Source: Sedimentisphaerales bacterium (GTDB lineage: Bacteria > Planctomycetota > Phycisphaerae > Sedimentisphaerales > SM23-30). From it: a stretch of 64,000 bases of DNA. Below, piece after piece: positions 59,301-64,000 of this stretch. Every line of letters starts with the position of its first letter. Positions within the stretch are counted from its first letter, which is position 1. The stretch is taken from NCBI GenBank assembly GCA_963666285.1, contig OY762711.1; one strand, 5' to 3'. The position numbers were made by a program, and so were the translations under genes. Under the pieces are notes generated by a model. It was not told the DNA's origin. It did not search any database and saw nothing but the letters and a program-made list of their open reading frames with translations.

Positions 59301-61972
59301 CCGCTGATGATTCAGCAAATGAAGCTGAGATTGTTTTTATTGCCGAGTCAGGCGCAAAAAAAGTATTAGTGCCTACGGAAGATTTCTCTTCTGTGGCAAC
59401 TGATAATTCTCTGTTGGTAGATATCTGGGAAGGGATAACCGGAGTAACAATTCCGGATCTAACAAATAATAGCCGTTATCCGGATGACCCGGACAGCAGG
59501 TCGATGTGGTCAGATTTTGATATGCCGCAAATTGACTATATGGATTATTATGGCACTCGAGTTAGGGGGTATTTATATCCACCGGCCAGTGGTGGATATA
59601 CATTCTGGGTTTCAGGTGATGATTATTGCTCATTGAAACTTAGTATGGATGGTATAGCCGAAAATGCAGTAGAGATAGCGACAGTGCCGGGCTGGTCGAA
59701 TCAGTATGAATGGTATAAGTATGGAGAGCAGCAGTCTGTGTCGATATACCTGGAGTCCGGCAAGAGGTATTATATAGAGGCACTGCATAAAGAAGACGGC
59801 GGTGGCGACAATTTATCAGTGGCGTGGTCCGGGCCTACGATAATCGGTCCGGTAGTAATAGATTCGCGGTATTTAATGCCTAGCGGTCAACCGTGGACAG
59901 TACAGGAGTATGATGACAGCAGCTGGATAGCAGGTAATAATGCCGTAGGATATGAAATGAGTTCCGGTGGAGATTATGAAGCTATCCTGGCTGGCGGTAT
60001 TGATGTAGGTTCCAATTTATATTCGATCAATACGAGCTGTTATGTCCGTATACCGTTTACGTATGATAACGAGGTTTTGACATTTCTGCAATTAGAGTTG
60101 CGATATGAAGATGGAGTCGCAGTATTTTTAAATGGAGTTGAGATATTGCGTGATAATGTTGATGTATCTGAAGGTCAGTTAAGCTGGAACTCACATGCCG
60201 TCAATGCCAGAGCAGATTCAACGGCATTGGTGCCTGTCAGTTATGATATCCTGGAGTATAAAGACTTACTGGTAACAGGCGAGAATATATTAGCAGTTCA
60301 GGTAATGAACAATATATTAGAAAGTTCAGATATGCTGCTGACGGTTAGCCTGAAAGGAAGCGAGAGGTTATTGTCTGCCGGAGTGCCGTCTGAGAATGCC
60401 CGGATTTATGATAGTGCCTTAGGTCTGGATAAGAGTATGGAGATCAAAGCACGAGTTTATGACGGCGATCAATGGTCAGCTCTGACTAAAGGCACTTTTG
60501 CTTTAAGTGAAATTAATGATAACCTGCGAGTTACTGAAATTATGTATCATTCGGTTGATTCGAATACTGATTATATCGAGCTGAAAAATATTGGTGACGA
60601 ATCTATTAATCTGGATATGGTGAGGTTTACCAAGGGAGTGGATTTTGATTTTGGTGATATGTCAGTTCCGGCGGGCGGCTATATACTGCTGGTAGAAGAT
60701 GCGGCTGCATTTGAAGCCAGATATGGTAGTGGTCTGCCTGTGATAGGTGAATATGAAGGCAGTCTGGATAATGGCAGCGATACCCTGCGGATAAAAGATG
60801 CACTGGGTGAGATTTTGCTGGAATTTGAATATAAAGATGGCTGGTATGAAATAACAGATGGCGAAGGTTTTAGTTTGACGGTCCGTGACGAGGCGTTGGC
60901 GGATACTGCTTTGCTTTCAGAGAAGGAAGGCTGGCGTCCAAGTGCCGAGAACGGCGGTTCGCCCGGTGAGGATGAGAGTTATATTCTTCCGGACGTAGGT
61001 GATGTAGTAATTAATGAAGTGTTATCGCATTCGCATTCATATGCCCCGGACTGGATTGAGCTGCATAATACTACCGATTCAATTATTAATATTGGCGGCT
61101 GGTTCCTGTCGGATGATAATTCTGATGATGAATCGAAGAAGAAATTTGAGATACCTCTTGGAACAACTATCCAGGCTGATGGTTATGCAGTCTTTTATGA
61201 GACACAGCATTTTGGAAATGCAAATGCCGAGGGTTGTCATACCCCGTTTGGTCTGAGCGAGGGTGGCGATGATATATATCTGAATTCCGGTAATAACGGT
61301 GAGCTGACCGGTTATGCGGTGGAAGAAGATTTTGGCGCATCTGCCAGTAATGTAGCGTTCGGCAGATATTATAAAGCCAGTACCGACAGTTGGAATTTTG
61401 TGGCGATGGAAAGTAATACGCCCGGCTATGAAAATTCGTATCCGAAGGTAGGGCCTATTGTGATAAGTGAGATAATGTATCATCCGGACAGCGGCGGCAG
61501 CTATGATGAGGATGAATATGAGTATATTGAGCTGACAAATATTACCGGCTCGACAGTAAATCTATGGATGTATGATGAAGTTAACCTGGAATATGTCGGC
61601 TGGCAGCTGACAAACGGGGTTGAATATAGTTTTGGTGTTGGTGACAGTATTGCGCCTTACGGCAAGGTGGTAGTAGTACGTAATCCGGAAGCCTTTGCGG
61701 ATCGATATTCGTCAGTAGCGTCTAGTATAATTTATGGTCCATATGATGGTGGTTTGAACAATAAGGAAGACAAGATCGACCTTGTTATGCCGGGAGATAA
61801 AGAACAGGATGAACGGTACTGGATTCGTATTGATCGGGTAGGATATGAAGATCGCGGCTTGTGGCCGGAAGAGGCAGATGGTGACGGCGATTCTTTGCAG
61901 AGGATCGATAACGCGGCATATGGAAATGATGCTGCCAACTGGGAGGCGGACGATCCGAGCCCGGGCAATTAA
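56333..61972 (+). CDS. Large secreted CotH-kinase / lamin-tail-domain / PA14 protein
   Basis: Signal peptide, dockerin-like GDIDGDCAV, VVINEFMA, VINEVLS and ISEIMYHP LTD starts, YTLDGSTP, CotH motif HLYINGVYWGLY, PA14-like segment; alternative ATG 56300. Confidence 0.85.
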   Translation: MSKIVVSIFFLLMLCQISLYGGIIVSETDSGTQIQEYGLSDSIVITIDNAPTATVWVQISANTADIEIDGGFGGDDAYISFTTSDWSVPREVVLVAADDGIQEPQEQVTLSFSVTSGDTSYNGVALADIIVTVLDREVDICPEGDIDGDCAVSIADLELLAGQWLGSPDCSGAGCPDLVDFGVVDLLDFELLSAKWKKSVGPVVINEFMADNNSDNPDISPEAWEVFDETGDPVDWIELWNITSEPVNLTGWHLTDDKDELSKWAFPDDTIILAGDYLLVYASGNEHVTGSYIHTNFSLAGGGEYLGLVNSEGIVTSEYIDYEYDSDKYGYPPQESNVSYGYTDYLQSHRYFYPATPGEENNNSSLGTSPDTKFTVDRGFYDTPFDLNIYTENPEAIVRYTLDGSTPDWDNGEIFEPGSTITIDKTTVLRARSFLAGYLPSNVDTQTYIFAADVVTQQSDGSSPGSGWPAPGYSVNDQRMVYGMDPDIVNSSEYSDLMDNALHAVSTLSMVIDSEYLFDASSGIYVNAAAARSDNDFWTVEKEKACSLELINPDGTKGFNINCGVRIRGGASRTGGNPKHAFRFFFRDKYGKGKLEYPLFGDEGVDEYDKVDLRTSQNFSWSFKGSYENQHNTFVREVFSRDMQGRLGHPYTKSRYYHLYINGVYWGLYQTQERAESRFAASYMGGKKTDYDVVKADSNYGREMTAIEGNRDAFERLWAAIADGVYTTEEYYRLQGMNPDGTINPAYERLLDVENLIDYQLINYYTSDTDGAASRFGNLPNNIFCLYNRSNPDGWKWMEHDSEHSMGVSELGWPNYENLVTPYTTAGAQMRYFNPHWMHEQLIQQSTEYRMAFADRVQELFYNDGLFMPDNVWDILVARALQINNAIIAESARWGDTNTNPPRTKETWQEAIDYVQDFIYGASGHPWEAKPRQQRVVEQFMGENWLPILSAPEFNQYGGYVPDGFSLEISNPNSTGEIYYTTDGSDPRMPADDSANEAEIVFIAESGAKKVLVPTEDFSSVATDNSLLVDIWEGITGVTIPDLTNNSRYPDDPDSRSMWSDFDMPQIDYMDYYGTRVRGYLYPPASGGYTFWVSGDDYCSLKLSMDGIAENAVEIATVPGWSNQYEWYKYGEQQSVSIYLESGKRYYIEALHKEDGGGDNLSVAWSGPTIIGPVVIDSRYLMPSGQPWTVQEYDDSSWIAGNNAVGYEMSSGGDYEAILAGGIDVGSNLYSINTSCYVRIPFTYDNEVLTFLQLELRYEDGVAVFLNGVEILRDNVDVSEGQLSWNSHAVNARADSTALVPVSYDILEYKDLLVTGENILAVQVMNNILESSDMLLTVSLKGSERLLSAGVPSENARIYDSALGLDKSMEIKARVYDGDQWSALTKGTFALSEINDNLRVTEIMYHSVDSNTDYIELKNIGDESINLDMVRFTKGVDFDFGDMSVPAGGYILLVEDAAAFEARYGSGLPVIGEYEGSLDNGSDTLRIKDALGEILLEFEYKDGWYEITDGEGFSLTVRDEALADTALLSEKEGWRPSAENGGSPGEDESYILPDVGDVVINEVLSHSHSYAPDWIELHNTTDSIINIGGWFLSDDNSDDESKKKFEIPLGTTIQADGYAVFYETQHFGNANAEGCHTPFGLSEGGDDIYLNSGNNGELTGYAVEEDFGASASNVAFGRYYKASTDSWNFVAMESNTPGYENSYPKVGPIVISEIMYHPDSGGSYDEDEYEYIELTNITGSTVNLWMYDEVNLEYVGWQLTNGVEYSFGVGDSIAPYGKVVVVRNPEAFADRYSSVASSIIYGPYDGGLNNKEDKIDLVMPGDKEQDERYWIRIDRVGYEDRGLWPEEADGDGDSLQRIDNAAYGNDAANWEADDPSPGN

Positions 61973-62065
61973 GGTGTAAATGCTTATAGATTATGCGGTT
62001 ACATTGATTTAGAGCGTGTATGTTGAAATTCATTTCTAATAATATCATATAAATATTACCAGAAG

Positions 62066-62125
62066 TGCTAATTTTTTAGCATTTTTGATTTGCAAACACT
62101 GCGTAAGTGTGCTAAATTTTTAGCA
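62066..62125. promoter_or_regulatory. Two palindromic operators, likely bound by BlaI
   Basis: TGCTA-N6-TAGCA at 62066-62081 and 62110-62125, upstream of the blaI-like gene. Confidence 0.75.
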
Positions 62126-62204
62126 TACAATGGTTGATTATGTATTTCTGCAGGATTCACGAGTGTGATTAACTGCGGGCGGTACTTGATAAGGAGTGTT
62201 TGTG

Positions 62205-62600
62205 ATGGCCAAAAGTGAGTTATCTCTTCTTTCCAAACGTGAACAGCAGATTATGGATTTTATCTATGCACAGGGCAGGGCTACTGCCGGGGAAGTTCAT
62301 AAGGGTATTCCGGAGCCACCGAGTTATTCGGCGGTGCGTGCGCTTTTGCGGGTGCTGGTAGATAAGGGTCAGCTGCGTCATGAGAAGGATGGTCCGCGGT
62401 ATGTGTATTATCCGACAAGCTCTAAGAAGACGGTGGGTGCTCCTGCGCTGAAGCGGGTGGTGAATACATTTTTTGAGGGTTCGTTTGGAAAGGCGGTCGC
62501 GGCCCTTATGGATGTGAACGGTGAATCGCCGACAAGTGAAGAGCTTGATCAGTTGCAGAGCCTGATTGACAAGGCCAGGCAGAACAGGAGTGAAAAATGA
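62205..62600 (+). CDS. BlaI/MecI/CopY family repressor
   Basis: LSKREQQIMDFIY, SYSAVRALLRVLVDKG, VNTFFEGS. Confidence 0.92.
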   Translation: MAKSELSLLSKREQQIMDFIYAQGRATAGEVHKGIPEPPSYSAVRALLRVLVDKGQLRHEKDGPRYVYYPTSSKKTVGAPALKRVVNTFFEGSFGKAVAALMDVNGESPTSEELDQLQSLIDKARQNRSEK

Positions 62601-64000
62601 GTGTATTATATAAATTGACCGATTTGTCGCCGGAAGTATTTGAATTTCTTGTCTCGATGGTTGTTAAAGGGATATTGATATTTGCTATTGCCGGTAGTTT
62701 GAATATTCTGCTGAGGAAAGCGTCTGCCGCGTTGAGGCATATGGTGTGGCTGCTGGCTTTTGGTGCGTTGAGTTTATTGCCGCTGCTGATATTGACAGTG
62801 CCGAGTGTGGGGGTGCCGGTATTGCCGGCTGCAGAAGAAATTAAAAATTCAGAATTAAAAATTCAAAGAGAAGAAATTTTCTCTGCGAGCCAGCTAGAAG
62901 TTTTTGATTCAGGATTTTCATTTGAAGGAGAAGCTTCTAGCGGAGAGATTCCGCAAGCAAATATTGGGCCAACGAATGCTGAAGTTACTGTAATTGAACC
63001 AGAGTTAAGTTTATCAGTGGGGCAGTGGTTGCTGCTGGCATGGGCGGCAGGATTTGTTATATGTCTGTGTCCGATATGCTACAGGTTGATTTTGCTGGCG
63101 ATATTCCAGGGCAGGTGCAGGAAACTGGAAGATAAGAATACTGTTGGCCTGGTGGAAGAGGTCTGCGGTAAGCTGAATATAAGGAAACGGGTTAAGGTTA
63201 TTGGTAACGATGATGCGAGCGGTCGGTTTGCGCCTATGGTTTGGGGTGTGCGTCCGGCGGTATTGTTTTTACCGAAGGCGAATGAAGGCTGGGACTGTCA
63301 GCAGTTGAGAAGTGTGCTGCTGCATGAGCTGGCACATATCAAGCGGCATGACTGGCTGTCGCAGCTGTTTGGCAGCGTGGTTTGTGCGGGGTACTGGTTT
63401 AACCCGCTGGTGTGGTATGGTTTGAGACGGCTGCGGGTCGAACGTGAGCAGGCATGTGATGACCTGGTGATTAATAGCGGGATAGACCATGCTGACTATG
63501 CCGAGCATCTGGTGGGTATTGCCCGCAGGCTGGTGAATCGTCAGCCGGTAAATTCAGCGGCGTTGGCGATGGCACGTACCAGCCAGATTGAGTCCCGGAT
63601 AAAGGCTATTTTAGATATACGCAAAAATCGCAAAGCGGTAACGCGTGTTATGCTGGCTGGTTTTACGATAGTAGTAGCTGCGGTGTCGGTTACGCTGGCA
63701 TCTCTAACACCTGTTGAGAAAGAGACTGAAAAAGCAAGTGAAGAGTTAATGAATCCGCCAAAGGCGGAAGCTGATTTGAAACAGGGGTCAGGTGTCAGGG
63801 ATCAGGTGTCAGGGAATGTGCTCGCTGACGCTCGATTAATTAATATAGAAGAAGCAACCACAGAAGACGCGAAAGAAGATAGTAAGGATGTGGAAAAGGG
63901 GACGGAGATCTTAAATTCTGTTCAGGAAAGCGAAGCCGGTCAGTTGGAAGTTTATGTTACCTACGCTGCAGATGACAGTTCGATAGAAGGTGCCCGGATG
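62597..64000 (+). CDS. BlaR1-like M56 peptidase, C-terminus runs off the window
   Basis: Not in ORF track. ATGA overlap with the repressor; SAALRHMVW, LLHELAHIKRHD, WFNPLVW, EREQACDD. Confidence 0.9.
   Translation, partial: MSVLYKLTDLSPEVFEFLVSMVVKGILIFAIAGSLNILLRKASAALRHMVWLLAFGALSLLPLLILTVPSVGVPVLPAAEEIKNSELKIQREEIFSASQLEVFDSGFSFEGEASSGEIPQANIGPTNAEVTVIEPELSLSVGQWLLLAWAAGFVICLCPICYRLILLAIFQGRCRKLEDKNTVGLVEEVCGKLNIRKRVKVIGNDDASGRFAPMVWGVRPAVLFLPKANEGWDCQQLRSVLLHELAHIKRHDWLSQLFGSVVCAGYWFNPLVWYGLRRLRVEREQACDDLVINSGIDHADYAEHLVGIARRLVNRQPVNSAALAMARTSQIESRIKAILDIRKNRKAVTRVMLAGFTIVVAAVSVTLASLTPVEKETEKASEELMNPPKAEADLKQGSGVRDQVSGNVLADARLINIEEATTEDAKEDSKDVEKGTEILNSVQESEAGQLEVYVTYAADDSSIEGARM

Overview
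Bacterial chromosomal window, most likely from a planctomycete of the Phycisphaerae type (inferred from a LEPR-XLL-like export motif, a CotH/lamin-tail giant protein and BlaI/BlaR1). Left to right it holds: a partial P-loop ATPase and tRNA-Glu; an AmmeMemoRadiSam enzyme; a paaK/ACT/GNAT/paaK cluster containing a repeat-flanked four-helix-bundle cassette; an export operon (GAF-HlyD, HlyD, PqqD-like/M50/HlyD, orphan ABC ATPase) divergent from a 2928-aa acidic surface protein, with about 1.1 kb of ORF-free, heavily base-paired sequence ahead of that gene; folC, scpB, plsY, fhs and a DcaP-like porin; cheA (two Hpt domains, four MshEN-like motifs)-cheR-cheY-cheX; a histidine kinase, a CYTH enzyme and a Ycf46-like AAA ATPase; a complete type II-C CRISPR-Cas9 locus (tracrRNA, cas9, cas1, cas2, 22 repeats) bracketed by ~470-bp direct repeats and followed by an IS200 remnant and a lipoprotein gene that starts 11 nt downstream of an orphan CRISPR repeat; a CotH/LTD protein; and blaI-blaR1. 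Best leads: the large structured RNA plus giant protein plus M50/HlyD exporter, and CRISPR repeats that each carry a full TTGACA-N16-TACACT promoter, one apparently reused ahead of a lipoprotein gene. All calls come from reading the sequence and ORF track by eye; no searches or folding programs were run.
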